Assembly (NCBI GenBank): GCA_020536535.1
Contig: JAHLWZ010000682.1
Span: 36,899 to 100,898 of the forward strand
DNA from: Pelomyxa schiedti
Lineage: Eukaryota > Protista > Evosea
Direction of reading: 5' to 3'
DNA: 64,000 bases
A program made the position numbers and the translations under genes. Below, one piece after another: positions 11,881-36,885 of the stretch (positions within the stretch are counted from its first letter, which is position 1; each line of letters begins with the position of its first letter). The notes beneath the pieces are model-generated. The model saw only the letters and a program-made list of their open reading frames with translations, was not told the DNA's origin and made no database searches.

Positions 11881-13519
11881 ATGCTTATGGATGCCACGTT
11901 GCCCGCAGCGATGCACGCGTCTGCCGTCGCCGCGGCGGTGGCGGAGAGCTCAGCAGTAGCCGCGGCGGTCTCGGCCGCGGCGGCCTCCGTCCCGCCGTGC
12001 CGCCCCGCCTCGCCCGACGTCCCGCCCCTGACCCCCGAGGAGATCGAGCACGAGATCGCCGCCGAGACCGAGATGCTCTCCGCCGCCACGCAGCGCGGCC
12101 GCCCCCTCGCCGCGGGCCCGGCCGCGGGCAGGGCAGGGGCGGCCGCGGGGGGCGGGGGCGCCGCGGCGGCCCGGGTGGGGGTGCTTGCGGCGGTGGGGGT
12201 GGCGCTGTGGGCGGTGTTCGGGCCGGTGGTGAGCCGGGTCCTGCGGACGCTGCAGTGGCTGGTGATCAGGGCCGCGAGGGTGGGGCCCGTGCCGCGCCAC
12301 GTGGCTTTCATAATGGACGGGAACAGGAGGTTCGCGAGGAAGCACCACATGCCTAGCAAGGCGGGGCACGCGGAGGGGTACATTGCCTTATTGCGCGTAA
12401 CCTTCCTTTTCTTCTTTATCTTTGGCCGTCCCTCTCCCTCCCCTTCTCTCTCTTTTTTAAGTGTGAAGAAGTTTTTTTTTTTTTTTCCCCAAAAACAAGT
12501 GCTACACTCTTTGTTTTTGGTTTGTAAAGTATTTACGTATTTGTATTTAGACAATGCAATGGTGCTTGGACTTGGGGATTAAAACTATCACGGTGTATGG
12601 ATTTAGCATTGAGAACTTCAATAGACCCCCAGAAGAAGTGGCTGTTATAATGGATCTTGCTGAGCAGAAACTGCGTCAATTCTTAGCTTCTGGACTTGAG
12701 TATGTGTAAATAACAACTTAGAACCGCAATAAAGGTTCCTTATATTCAATTTATAACAATATTAAGGTAAACAACTCATCTTACCCATCGTCAGTATTCG
12801 TGCAAGGAAAATGGGTGCTTCTCTAAAATTCATTGGCGATCTTTCACGCCTTTCATTGCCCCTACAGGAGCTAATAAAACAAGCGGAATCAAAACTTGAT
12901 CGCCATGAGTGAGTTACTTCGCTTTTTTTTAAAAACATAAGGAAATGGAAATTAAAGGCCTCAGAAGCAATAAGATTAACATACCCACCCCCTCTTGACA
13001 GGTTGCAGTTAAATATCTGCTTTTCTTATACTTCTACCTACGAGATAACAAATGCAATAAAACAAGCTGTAGATGGTGTTCAACAGGGCCACTTTACTGT
13101 AAAGTTTGTGCCTCCTCGCGAGATGAGTATTAACAACCCAAAAACTAGTGATATTACACAAGACACAATCGAGCAGCGACTTCTGCTTCAGAGTTCACCA
13201 TCACTCATTGTCCGTACAAGTGGCGAAATGAGGCTCAGTGACTTCTTGCTATGGCAGGTAAATCCAACCCTAACCCTAAGTCCAACTTAAATTCTCCTAG
13301 GGTATAAATTCATATTTCCATGTGACAAAGACATACTGGCCAGAGTTTTCCTTTTTTGAAATGATGAAAGCACTCTTCTGTTACCAAATTCATTGGCCAG
13401 AACTATCGGTTTCGCTTCTCTCCCTACAACACACTCCTTTTTGTCTAACTAAAAAGAAAACAGAGAAGAGAGCAACAAGCCCTTTCCTATCATGAGTCTC
13501 AACACACAAAGACCGAATA
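11881..13519 (+). CDS. DHDDS: cis-prenyltransferase (dehydrodolichyl diphosphate synthase catalytic subunit)
   Basis: [63 protein letters not shown]. Last exon boundary approximate. Confidence 0.93.
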
Positions 13520-13635
13520 AAGGGAAAGAAAAAAAGTTTTTTGCTATGAACTGTTAGGCTAAGAAAATATACACCCACAAAACAACTGTAGTGGAGGGAC
13601 AAAAGAAATTGGCTAAGTGGAAATGTACAGTTTTT

Positions 13636-23813
<10,178 letters not shown>

Positions 23814-24106
23814 GATTTTTTTGTTTTCTTTTACCCCCTTTTGGGTGTTCACAGAAGGAAAGGATGGTGATCCTCACACACCCGAAGTTATTTTTCTTAA
23901 ATGATATGCCAGCTTCGTTGTGCCTGCCCAACCACTGAGAGTGACATCTGATCCGGGGAATGATGTATGCAGAAAAGTGAAGAATTTGGCAAATGACTCG
24001 GCGATCAGACAGTATTTTTTTTCGAGTGGTTATTGAGGCTGCGTGAGATCCATTGCGGAATAGCAATAACCATCGCTAAAGTAGTTGACGAGGGCAGTGA
24101 GAGGCC

Positions 24107-27100
24107 ATGTTCGAATGGTTGGTGAGTGACATTTTACTCCGTTTTGTTGGCGATTACGTGAGGCACTTGAACGCTGATCAACTGCGTCTAGATGTCTTAT
24201 CTGGTGCGCCTTCCTTCGTGCCCTTTTTTTTTTTTTCCCCTACTTCTCCCCAATTGCACTAGGTCTTGTTGTGCTCAAGGACTTGGAGTTAAAGGCAGAT
24301 GCACTGGCGAAGTTTTCTGACTTGCCTGTTTTTGTGAAACAAGGTTTCTTCGTGGGCTTGTTCTTGTCTTATCTTTTTAGGCTACTTGAAGTCACTTGAA
24401 CTAAAACTCCCATGGAAGAGTCTTGGGTCTCAACCTGTCGAAATTAAGATTGATGGTGTTTACCTTGTTGTAGAAAGGGTTAAAGCAACAACCACGACAT
24501 CTCCTCAATTTGATTTGGAATCTCTTCATTCCCTTAAAATGAAGAGATTGGCAGCTTATGAAGAAGCTCGCAGCAAACGGACAAATAAACCAAGTTACTT
24601 GATTACCCCATTTGTCCTCTCTGAACAAGTTCAGGTGTTGAACCTTCAAAACAGTCAGGTAGCACCTTTGGTCAAAGAATTTTGGCAAAAGTGTTGGCAA
24701 ACCTTCAAATCACTCTCACCAATATTCACGTGAGGTACTGTCTTTCCCTGTTGAAGGCTTCGATTTTCACTTTCTACTTTCCTTCAGATATGAAGACACT
24801 AATGAGCGAGGGGAGTCTTTTGCGATTGGAGTAGCCATTCGTGCAGTGAGAGCTGGTAAGCCCTCACCCTCTCCTTTGTAAGAATAACCTCAGCCAGAAT
24901 CAACCAACTCAAACTGGGAGCCTTGCTTTATCAATACTGATACCCAACTGGATCTTATTTTCAATGTTTGGCTTCATTACTATTCAATAATTTCACCTCT
25001 AAAAGATGGTTACAATTGATAGTTTCTCTGTCTACTGGGACACAGGCTGTACCCATATTGATTCAGATATTAACCTTTTTTCAGAACAGATGACGGCCTT
25101 GGTGATTACTATTTGTTGTTTCAGCATTTACTAACTGCTATTCAGATACCCCCATGCAGTTATCCACATTCATTCATTCTAGAGCCTATATCAGGAAAAA
25201 TGAAACTCACTGTGAATAATGCTCAATCTGTGTCAACAACTGCTCCAACACCTAAATACACTGCCAGTATCAATTTCGACAATATATCCATTGAGCTCCA
25301 CCACCAGCAATATGTCAATGGCCTAGAATTGGCCAATACTTTTCACGCACAACGAAAGGCCTTCATAAAGGTTAGGTGCCTACTATCTGTTGATTTGCCC
25401 ATTAAACTCTTGACAGCAACGGAAAGGCAGACCAAGTGTTGAAGTTCATGGGAATGCCAAACTTTGGTGGAAATATGTGCTGAATCGTGTTACAGAAGAT
25501 GTTAGGAAACACAAAACATTTAATTGGAGGTTTCTGTCACATAGAAAAGAGCTGAGGTTGAAATATGTGGCACTGTACACCAAAATCATGGATTCTCAGG
25601 TAGCAGAAAAGTTATCAAAAATAATTCTTAGTCTTTACATGGGCTTCACATACAGGCAACTGCTGAAGACAAGCTTGCCCTTGATGCACTAGATAGAGAA
25701 TTAAGCTTTGAAGATATCATTTTCTTTCGCTCTCTTGCAACAATTCAGTTGAAGCCAAAACCCACCCCAGAACCCACTGCAGCACCCCAACCACAACCAA
25801 CGGCAGTTCAACAACGTGGATGGGTATCCTGGCTGACAATGGGCATGTGGGGAGCTCCTCAAGTCCAAACTACACCACATTTATCTTCAACTACAACAGC
25901 CCCAACACCGACAGCAGCTACCCCACAAAGAATTCTCAATGCAGAGCAACGTCTGGAATTACTAGAAATTTTTGGCTATGATGCAGTTAAGCATGACTTC
26001 ATGCAGGATGGTGCACCCCCAATGCACATACGCATATTTTTTGAACTTGGGGCACTTCATATAGATTTGCGCGGGAAAACCAATACAAAAGTTGCCGAGT
26101 TTTGTGTCCAGCGTACTACTGTTCAGTGGAATTCCACCCCTTCCCACTTTGATGTTAAGGCCACTGTTGGAGGAATTTCTGTGGATGACCTACAAGCTGC
26201 AAATAGGGGAGAACTGTTTCCCAGAGTTGTGTCTGTTCGCCAGTTGCCACCAACAGCATGCCCGACAAGGGAAATCACTGGTTTACCAGACCAAACCTCT
26301 CCACAAGCCATGTTTGAATTTTCATTGGAGAACAGGCCTCCTGAAAGTGATGCTGATTATGTTCTTTCGATGCGTTTGCTCCCACTGGAAGTGATAGTGT
26401 CACCTTCAACTATTCATCGGGTAGGTAGTGGCACAAAATGCAGCACATCTAATTTGACCATTTGGCAGGTGTGCTCTTTCTTTTATGTTCCCAAGAATGT
26501 CCATATCGATACTGTGACTGGTGGAGTAAATGAGTGGTTATCACAAAAAACTACAGTGAACTGGCGTGAAGCACTGGAGAACCACATTAAAGTTCGGCCC
26601 CTCACTGCTCCCCCTTTTTTCATGCAGTCTTTCTCAATAATTGACAGGTTGACATGGATGTAGATTTACATGCCCCAGTGTTGATTATTCCACAAAATAA
26701 CACTGCAGGCACACCTCTACTAATCTTGGACCTTGGTAGACTTCGTATAAAGGTGTGGCCTAGATAGTGTGCAACTAATAAATTTTTGTAGAGCGAACTT
26801 GGCTCAAAAAGTGAACCCTTGGAACACTTAGAGACAACTGCATATGACCACTACAACCTCCAAGCCTCTGATATACACACGTTGCTCATGTATTCGTCTG
26901 ATGGAGACTGGCGTAACCAAGTTTCTGCCAATGCCTTTCCTCTCATCCCACCCTTCGCCATCAACCTCAGATTGAGCCAATTTGTTCTGGATACCAACGA
27001 AACCCATTATAAACTGAAAGCCGCCGGTTCAATTCCTGACTTGCATGTGAAGCTATCTGGGGAAATTGTTCAAATAGTGAAGAATATTTTGGAAAGCTCT

Positions 27101-30100
27101 GCTGCAGCAGCCACTGTTACTGATTTAACAGAGTCTCAGATGAATTTCCTTGACGTCAAGTCTCTGGTCCTGACTGAAGACCAAGTACCCATAATAGCAA
27201 TTGACGATAGGGAAGAAATGGACTCCAAACAAATGGATGTTAGTTCAATTGATCTGGATCTTGTTCAACGGCTTTCCCAAAATCGTAACCGAAAGTTGTT
27301 ACATGCTTCATTTTCTGTTCAGAACCTTGTTGTTCACTTAGTCACATCAGCACAAGCTTCACCTAAAGGGCTTATTGATATTGAGTGTGGTGGTGCTATT
27401 GCTGTGTGTATGTCACTGTTAGTTTACCAATTGAATCACTTCAAGTAGACACAAAAACTCCTGTTTGTCAAGAGATACACCTTGATATGCAGTCTCTCAC
27501 AGTGCGCGACAACTGGATAGAATATAGAAACCCAGAGCTTCATTATATGATCTCCTCAGGCACTGAGAAGTTAGTTTCTATCAATATACTGATAAATGAG
27601 GGTTCAGTTCCCCAAGTCCAGGTAGAGTACCGAAAAGTTTGACACGAATTTCACAGCACATAGGTAGCTGCCAATAATGTCAAAGTTCAGGCGAATTTGG
27701 CCACAGTAGCAGAGCTAATGAGGTTTTTTGATGTGGGAGTCAGTGCCCCACAGCACAATCCAACTCCTACCCAACGTGAAGGCAGCAAACTTTTGAATCT
27801 CACTTTGGAATTAAAGCAGCTTACCTTGATTCTAAATAGCAACAATGGTGTTGATAGTAAAGCTATGGCACATGCTTTTGTTGTTGGTGTCACATCTGTC
27901 GTAGAAATACGTAAACGAACTTTATCTGTAAGGGGTGGAATGAACGGGATTACCTTATGCGACCTGACAGCAGCAGATTTTGCCACCTCTATAGATCCCA
28001 CTCCCACAAGAAGCCACTATTCTACTGTGCTGTACTCAAACGAATGTGGGGGAGAAATAGTGAACTTTACCTTGAATGTATACAGTGCAGTAGAAAGAAC
28101 ATATCCTGGTTTTGACACACTCCTCTTGATTCGCACCAAGGGCATACACCTTGTGTTTACATATAGATTTGTAAGCCTATTGCTGTCATATGTGTCGGAC
28201 TTTCAAGAAATGCGTTCTCTGCTCATACAACAACTTCATAACATGTTACCTGCTCCCGATTCCAAATTCAAACTTGATATCTCAATGCAAAATACAAAGA
28301 TAGTAATGCCCAAGAACAGTGCAGCTCCCATTTCATGTGTAGCTGATGTCAACCAGTTCTCTGTTTCAAACACGTTGTTACAAAAGGAATAATTTTGCAG
28401 TATTGACCACACCCCAGATTCAACGACGGCGTGGAGGACATGCTTGTGGAAGTAGATAAAATGCAATTGAGTCAGTGCGTAACGAAAACGAATTGCGTAG
28501 AATTGCAGCCATGCAGCTGCAACCTACCTCCTCTTGAAACAGTTGGTGTAATTGCATCAGATGGTATTTTTCTCATTTCTTAGTTAGACTTTTACACCTG
28601 TTTAGTTACTATGAAGACACATTACAAAAGACCTTTTTCTATGTTCCATGGAGTTCTTCCCGAAATGGATTTGTCTTTCGAATTTCCAGAAGTTTCTGTG
28701 TGTTACAATATTTCTATTTCTCTTCTTAACATTTCCACAGTTAGTCCTCACTGAATCCCAATACCATCTCATTGTTGGCATATTATTTGAGAATATGGAT
28801 GAAACCCCTTATCCAATTGTCAATACTGGCCAGATTCAAAGATCCACATCTCCCTCACCTGCAGTGCCGACAAGCTCAGATACAATTCCATTAACACCCT
28901 GGCGTGTAATTAGTATAGCTGTTCCAAAGTTCGAAGTCAGCACTGTACATAATGACGCAGTGTCAAAGTTCTGTACCTTATGTTTCGATGATTTTACTTT
29001 CAAACAAGTTCAAAAGGTAGTCACTTTTTAGTCATTAAACCGTTAATTGTTGAATTAAACTTAGGGTTCAGTCCTACATATTGGTATAACTGTAAGAGGT
29101 ATGGTATGCAGAGATTTCATGCAGACTGGAGGTCCGGATGCAAATATTCTTTTAGCACACGAACAAGTTCCTGGAGATATGACTAATGGTAACTGGTTTG
29201 CCATTCATTTTCCTTACTTTATACAGCGTTGATAAAGTTTGACTACGAAAAAAATGTGAAAGAGTTGGCAACATCACAGTCCTTTGTTATCATATTCAAC
29301 CGACTTTATGGCAGTTTCAATGAAGGGACTATTTTGGCACTCCAAAAGTTCTTCACCCCTCCACCCACATCTCCAAAAGAAGTCCAACCAATAGATACCA
29401 CTCCCACACCTACACAAAATATCAAGACCGCCGATCAGTATAAGATGTCAGTATCCATACAGCATTTAACATTTGGACTTATGCTCCAGTCACAAAAATT
29501 TGGTGTGTTATCCGTAGAAAATGGTCAAATGGATATGTTTGTGGACAGTTCACAAGAAAAAACAGAATATGTAAACCTTCCAACCTCTTTCACATTTCAC
29601 TGAAACTCACCTTACAGTCCGGGTGTCTTGGGAGTGTTACTCTTACAAATGTTGAGAGCGGAAAAGACGCGCTCCGCTTTGCTCAAGGAGGTGACGGTCT
29701 GGTTCGCTTTCGTGTGGCTTTATCCAAGCAGGAATCTGCTGTTCATGTTCAGATGCACCAAGCTTTGATCCTTGTTGAACCTCTTTTTATCAACAAGCTC
29801 ATCGAGCACAGCTCCCAACTGACACAGACTACTGCGTACGCAAAAACGAAAGCAGAGAAGGCAATAGAAACTGTTATTGCACCTCCTTTGCTCTCTGTCG
29901 ATGCCACGCTAGACGGCCCAACTCTAGTATTACCAGACTCAGGAGGAACAAATTGCCTGGTATGGAATATGGGCACGTTTATTGTCAAGTCCGGAATTGA
30001 GCAACTACCACAGGGTGGGAAAAATGTACCATGTAGTGTATACAGAGTGAGTGTACGAGAATCCTGTGCATTTGCGAACATGAACGAGGCAGCTCCCCGC

Positions 30101-33100
30101 TGTCTAGTAGATAAAGTTGGATTTGACTTGCAGTATTCGGAATCTGGGCCCAACATTGGATTAGCACTCCATGTGACGCCAATAGTTGTCAGTTTACACA
30201 GATCAGAGTATCAAATGGCCTTGAGTGTGGCAAACAATATCGCCACCGTGGGAAGCAAGAGAACTGATGCTCCCCTGCAAAGAGAAACAGCACTGAACGG
30301 AAGCAACCAGACGGAAAAAGAAACAACTCAACCTGAAAGACCAAGTACACCATCCATCAAGCTCCACCGCAGACAGACGGAAGAAGAAAAAGTCTATAAA
30401 ATTGTATTGAAATTGGACCAAATGAAACTTCAGCTGGAGAACGTAGCCAACTGCATGCTAACCTCAATACTCCTTGAAGCCTCCATTCAGGAGATCGGAA
30501 TCTCAATGCACCTGCAACTAGATTCCATTCAACTCAACGAGCTTCTTCCAAATAGCACAAGCAAGTTCAAGAAAATTATTAAAAACCGGAAAAAAGCTCC
30601 AACTCAACTGTCACCAATTCCTACAGCTGCTTCATTTTCCCTCTACAGTGCTGATAGCAAATTTATGGACCTCGATTCTGACATCACCCCCCTGCTTGTT
30701 GCCGATTACGAGCAGATCAAAGGGACTTCCCCTGATTTTCCACAGCACAAAATTGTCTTGGTTCTTTCAAACCCCGGGGGATGTCTTGCTCCAAATGTTA
30801 TTATGACTGTATTGAATTTCTTCAGTTCTGATCAAACACCTGCTGCAGTACATGATAACTTAGGCCAAGGAACCACCATCCCTCTATCACCTGCTTCCAG
30901 TAATGGGCCCACAGATGGCGCGTTACCCAATGCCAGTGCTCCACAGCGAAGCCTCTTACGGCAATCTTCATCCCTGGCACTAAAGACAAATACTGATGAA
31001 TCTAAAAGTAAATGGAGCAACATTCTCAATGCTTTAGATTTGACCCTCCGCATAACACACCCGGAGTTCTTGGCCATAGAGGACCGTTCATCAGCAAGCT
31101 CCCAAGCAATTGCTCTGCGTCTGCAAGGTATCCATTTTCGGTTAAAGACAAGCAATGACTCTCTTGATGCCAAAGTGGAACTCCACAAATTTCGGGTATT
31201 TTCTTGCCGCTGTGATCAAAGAAAACAACGCCATATAATTTTGAATCCTTGCATGCTAGACTGTTCGTTTCAGCGTAACGGAAACGAATTAGCCTTTAAT
31301 CTGAAGGCTTCAGAATGGAGTGCAAGTGTATCATATAATGACCTGCGTGTGACTTTACTTGTGGTACTCCAATTTTTGGGCGCTATGAGTGACAGTAACT
31401 CTGCCCTAACATCTCCAACACAAGCACCCCCGACTACCTCTATTGTATCGTCAGCCCTTGCCACTGCCCATACAATTCGACCTCTTCACCACACCACTGC
31501 TACTCCAGTGGCTTCCTCTGAGCTTGCCATTTCCCCTCCGCTTTCCTCTTTGCTTGGCAACCGCCACCTCACTGCACATGTATCTATTCCATTTCTCACC
31601 TTAGTTCTTGTAAATGACCGCAATTGGCAAAGTCTTCCAGTTATTGAAGTTGTAGCTTCATCTATACTGCTTGAAAGCAATGACAACTGCAAAGTAAATT
31701 CGTTGCAGCTCACACTCAAGGGGAACTACTTTAATGAGCTCATCTCAATGTGGGAGCCTCTTATAGAACCCTTTTCTCTCTCAACCTCATTGACCTACAC
31801 ACCCCCTCACCCACAGCTTACAGTTTCTGGGACACCCACTTCCTCAATAACCTCCGTTTCATCAGCTCCAACTGTGACAACTTCATCTGCTGCCACCAGT
31901 TCGCCTTCAGCCCCAACTTCGTCACCAGCACCTTCAATTGAAATTACTATTACTGCCGCCCTTGTTTCTTCATTACTTTCAGTGTATCAAACCTGGATGA
32001 ATGACTATAAAATGCTAATGCAAAATCCCAATGTGTCTGCACGTGTCGAATTTAAGCCGTACCGTATTGTTTGTCTTCCATCTTTCTATTGAACTGAACT
32101 AACTAACCGCAAAACCAACAAGGAAAATGAAACTGGCCTCACAGTGAAATTAGCAGTAAGAAATGTGATAGCTGAGTTAAGTCCAGGCAAGGTGGCTGAT
32201 CTGAAGCTGTCACGTGAAGAGACTCAGTCCGTTGTAATGATGAAGTTTCACCCAGAGCAAAGTATAGAGACACCCGTTTTCCCAGTCAACAAGATACAAA
32301 CAGTTGCATTTTCAGTTTCACCTTTTGCGCGGACTGTACTTCCCCCAGGATCAATATCCACAAGTAAACGGCTGGCAAGCAAATTTGGTTCCAAGGCAAC
32401 ACCACAAACTGTCTCTCGTGCTCTCCTTGTGAACATATCCCTGGAAAACGGTGCCAAAGTCATATCTTTGCAGTCACGTGTGCAGTTTGTAAATTCTTGT
32501 GCCTTTGCTTTGGAAGTTTTCTTTCAGACTCCTCCTGCCACTCCTCTGTTGCCTCCCAGTAATTTATGCATGTCAGTTGCTCAAGGAAAGCCGCTCTTTT
32601 TCCCGCTTCTGTTCACAGATGAATCTTGTGGTCGGTCCATCTGCGCATTTCGGCCGGATGGATTCGAATGCCACTGGACAAGGCCCTTCTGTTGGAGTGA
32701 ATTGCATGAGAATGACTCCTTAATGGTCTCATCGAATGTGGCCATTGGTGAGGAGGCACACTCCTATAGCTCCTTACTGTATTGTGTTACATTGAAAAAA
32801 AAGCAGCGAGTGAAAAAAGACAGCACTATCCCAGAAAGTATATCATGTAACGTGTATTCTGTTGTTGTCTGTGCTCCCATGCAGATCCGCAACATGCTAC
32901 CCTACAAATTCAAGTACAAAGTGATTGATTGCGATAGAATGATTTATGTCCAAGGTGAAGTCGCCCCAACTGAAACAGCACAGCTTCATCAGATAGGTAT
33001 GATCTTGTGTAAATTGTCTTGTCACTCACGGAAAGAAAGATATGAGCCATAAATTAACGATGTCTATATGTCTAGTGGACCACCCTGGGCTTGATTCATG

Positions 33101-36100
33101 GAGTCAGGATGCCATTATTTACACAAATACTATTGACAAGGTATTGGTCAAGCCTTTTTTTTAGCTTTCTAACAAGGAAAAAGAAAGGTGTGGTTGTTCA
33201 AGAAGTCTCAGATAGCATTACACTGACCGACCCAAGACTTGGTTCAATCTCCCTTCCACTGAAATATAGAATGAAAAAAGGCACAAATGATGGCCCACAC
33301 ATAGTGTGTGTGTGTTGCCCATACTGGGTTTACAACCGCACAAGCTTTGAGCTGACGTTTATGCCGAACTACGTTGTTCTCCCAAGTGCAACTTCTCCAG
33401 CTTTGTATTGTTCCAAAGGAGAAAAAACCCACGTTAGAATCGGTGCCTCATTCTGGAGCAAGGCCGTTCCAGTTGATGCAACAGGAACAAGTGGTGTTGT
33501 TAGCATTACAGGGGACACTGTCTATGATGTATACGAACTAGCAGTAAGTATAACACGCCCACCTGCCCCATATGACAGGTTCACAAAATGCATTACATTT
33601 GCTCCCCGATTCACAATTGTGAACAAAACGCCTGTGGAGCTATCTTACCGAGTTCCTGATATTCTCGTAATGGTTGTTAAGCCTACAGAATCTCTTCCAG
33701 TCTACTGTGGGCTCTCAAAACAAATTCAAGTACTTGCCTGAAGGTTTCCATTGAGTTGAGTTGTGCACAGATAAAATTTCCTGGATTTCATTGGAGTGGA
33801 TTCCTGGAAGTTGACGCTCTTGAAGAATACCCTGTAAGATTGCACTCGGAGGAGGGAAACCATATCTACATTGCATCTGTGGTTTGCTTTTTTTTTTTTT
33901 GCACCCATCCAGATTAACTTTAGTTTAACTTTTGTTCACAGGAAATAACGAACAACAAAGCAGAAATCACCATGGCCATTTGGCCCGATATTGGTATTGG
34001 GCAATTTGTGATTGAAAATCACACCCGGTACTCACTGACAGTGGCTCAAGCTGGCGCACAAAGATATGCTGAAACCATCCCTTCAGGCTGTGCTGTGGAC
34101 TTTGCATGGGGTAAAAATCCCTAATATTTCATTTATTCTTATCTTCTCTTTCAAAAGATGCCCCTTCACAACAGCGTTTATTGTCTATAAACCACAATGT
34201 CGACTCACTTGCCGATATAACTGCCCTTGGAAAAAGTGCCCCCATCGACCTTGAGGCTACAAACTCTACACCCAAGCACACCATTTCTCTTAACGTGATT
34301 GCAAATGGTCCAACCAGGGTTGTTCAGGTTCGCGTAACCTAGTACTGTAGGACACTCTCACGTGAAGATAGATCAATGAAAAACACAAACTGAAGAAGTC
34401 CGACGAACCTAAGAAGACTGAGCTGCCTGAATTTTCGGCCGTTATTACATTACCACAAATTTGCATTTCTGTGTATGAGCCCAAATTTAATTCACATCTC
34501 ACTGATGGATGGGCAGAGTTGATGGGAAGCCAAGAGAGCTTCTTTATTTCAGCTTAGAACAAGTTAATATTGATTACATAGCTTCTAGTCAAACAGTGGC
34601 GTTTATGTTGAATATACAGAACATTCAGATTGATTGCCAAGTTTAAACCCTTCATTTCACGGACTATTCTAACTACAAGGTGCAGTCCCACAAAGCCCTA
34701 TTCCCAGTACTTCTTGCAGCAAATTCTCCAAAAAGTGGTATCCCCATGCTGCATTTCTCAACTGTACGGTCCCTTCTGAACCGCACAATTGATCAGTACA
34801 ATGTGATTGATATTCTTCTACAAGAATTTGATTTCCAAATTGAAGGTAAAAACCACGTTAATTTGAAATTCATTCACCCTTTTTTCAAGAGTCCACCATC
34901 ACAAGATTGATACATATGTACGAGTTCATTTCTCAAACAACAACGACTCCAGGTAGTAACACATCTGCGGCAGCAACTCCCACAGCAAGCCAGCAATGTA
35001 TAACCCTCATATTGGATAAGCCTTCAGCTAACAAACCATAGCTGACAAAACCCGCAGAGTTTACATTGACACTCTTATGCTGCAGCCTATTATCTTTAAT
35101 GCCTCGTTTTCTCCCACCTTCACCTCGTACCTAGTCCTCTTTCTTTTTTCCCCTTAAAAAAAAAACAGGGATGGTGATGAGGATCAACCTGCTGGCGAAT
35201 TACAGGAAGCCACAGGTTTGGTACATCTAGCTGGAGTCAATTTGGGGAAGATAACACGGTCCCCAATACATTTCCCCCCCTTGCTGTGCAATAGTGTGTT
35301 ATATAAGGTTTTTTGGAAAAAATTTTGCTCAACGTAACAGACATATTTATTACCTGGGATCTTTTAATGGAGAGATGTGTCAAGCATTATAGCGACAATG
35401 CCATGAGGCAGGTATTGGTCTTGGCAGGAAGTGCTGAAACATTGGGAAACACGGGTATGGGTTTCACAATTGTTTGCTTCTAAACGGTTATAGTTTCCCT
35501 GTTTCATAATATCAAAACCGGAGTAAGAGATTTCATGTATACCACTTCTATCACTTAAGAATAATGACCAAGAAAAAGATTCAAGCCATACGAAGGCTTT
35601 ATGATAAGCCCCAAACAGTTTGGTGCCGGGATCGGCAAAGGAAGTCTCAGTCTAGCTCGCCACAGCCTAACAGGCCTCCTTAGTATCGCTGGTTCAATGA
35701 CCTCAAGATTTGGCTCGGAGATTGCCTCTCTCTCCGGCGACGATAAATGTGTGTAAGACTTAATTTTCACGGCTCTCCCATGAAGTGCAGATATTGAGGA
35801 ACACCAACGATTGATGAGCGAGCAGCCCACAACACTTAGTGAAGGCTTAAAGAAGGTTTCTTTCCTTAATTAATTATTTTACTTAACACACCCACCAGGG
35901 AGGAACGGGATTACGAATGGGGTTGTTCTATGGCTTCACTGGTGTTGTCTCTCAACCAGTGCGAGGTGCTAAAGATGGCCCACTTGGCTTTATTGAGGGG
36001 GTCTATGGAGGTGTTGTTGGTGCTGTGGCCAAGCCAGTGTCAGGTTTTTCTCTTAGAGTGTATCTTTGCCTTACATAGTAAAGGGGTTGTTGACCTGGCT

Positions 36101-36802
36101 GTATGTGCTGTTGAAGGCATCCGTAACACAACAAGTGGAGAAGTTATTGTTGCCAAGCGGAGAAGAGACCCACGGGAAATAAGTGCTGACAAGCTTGTTG
36201 TTAAATTTTCGCAACACAGAGCTCATGGATTGGCTATATGGCGTGCCTGCATTGTAGTGTTACTAATTTCTGAAAGTCTCTCATGTTTAATGCAGGACAT
36301 TGACACGCACATATATGGTCAGTACGTTGACCACATCGAGTCCGTTGTTGAGGGAAAGGGTATTTGCACATTACTGCTGACCGAGATGCAACTTGTGTAT
36401 ACTCTAAGCGAAACTAAAACTTCAACTCCAAAAATCATCTGGACTATCTTCTCTTCAGATATTTTGGCAGTTGTACGTTTCCCAAATTTTCCAGGCCATT
36501 CACTAACGCACACAAACAAAAACATCCAGGAACAACAAAAGAGCACCAAAAACAACAAGTGCGCAGTGAAAGTTCGCGGAACCGGTGGAAAGCCAATAGT
36601 TTTCCACTGGGCACCACACTCCTGGCCATCACTGGTAGCCTGGGTGGACAAAAACCTCCACCCCGGCGTGGCACCAACAACAGCAGTTTCACTCCCCGCC
36701 CACACACCCACACCACCCCCACCCTCATCACTCTCCATGACTGCAAGTGCTACTTCTTCACCCCCTACTTTACTGCAAATAGCCAAACCCCACAACCTAT
36801 AA
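24107..36802 (+). CDS. VPS13: VPS13-family bridge-like lipid transfer protein, many exons
   Basis: Chorein_N start MFEWLVSDILLRFVGDYVRHLNADQL; LPWKSLGSQPVEIKIDGVYLV; GWVSW; NYFNELISMWEPLIEPF; VAB repeats (PYWVYNRT, FAPRFTIVNKT); Gly-rich ATG2_C helices; RDPREI. Confidence 0.96.
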
Positions 36803-36885
36803 TTTAAAATTTTGAGTTTGTCAATACTATCAACCCATTGTGCAAATTGAATTTTTTTTTTGACTTGTGATGGCACAAAATTACA

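Noticed and set aside
11691-12554. Long antisense or alternative-frame ORFs here and at 4348-4884, 38161-39340, 49337-49900 and 53592-54080
   Set aside because: They are shadows of GC-rich, stop-poor exons of genes already explained, and contain no domain motifs.
13266-13279. Telomere-like (CCCTAA)2
   Set aside because: Only two units inside a DHDDS intron; expected by chance.
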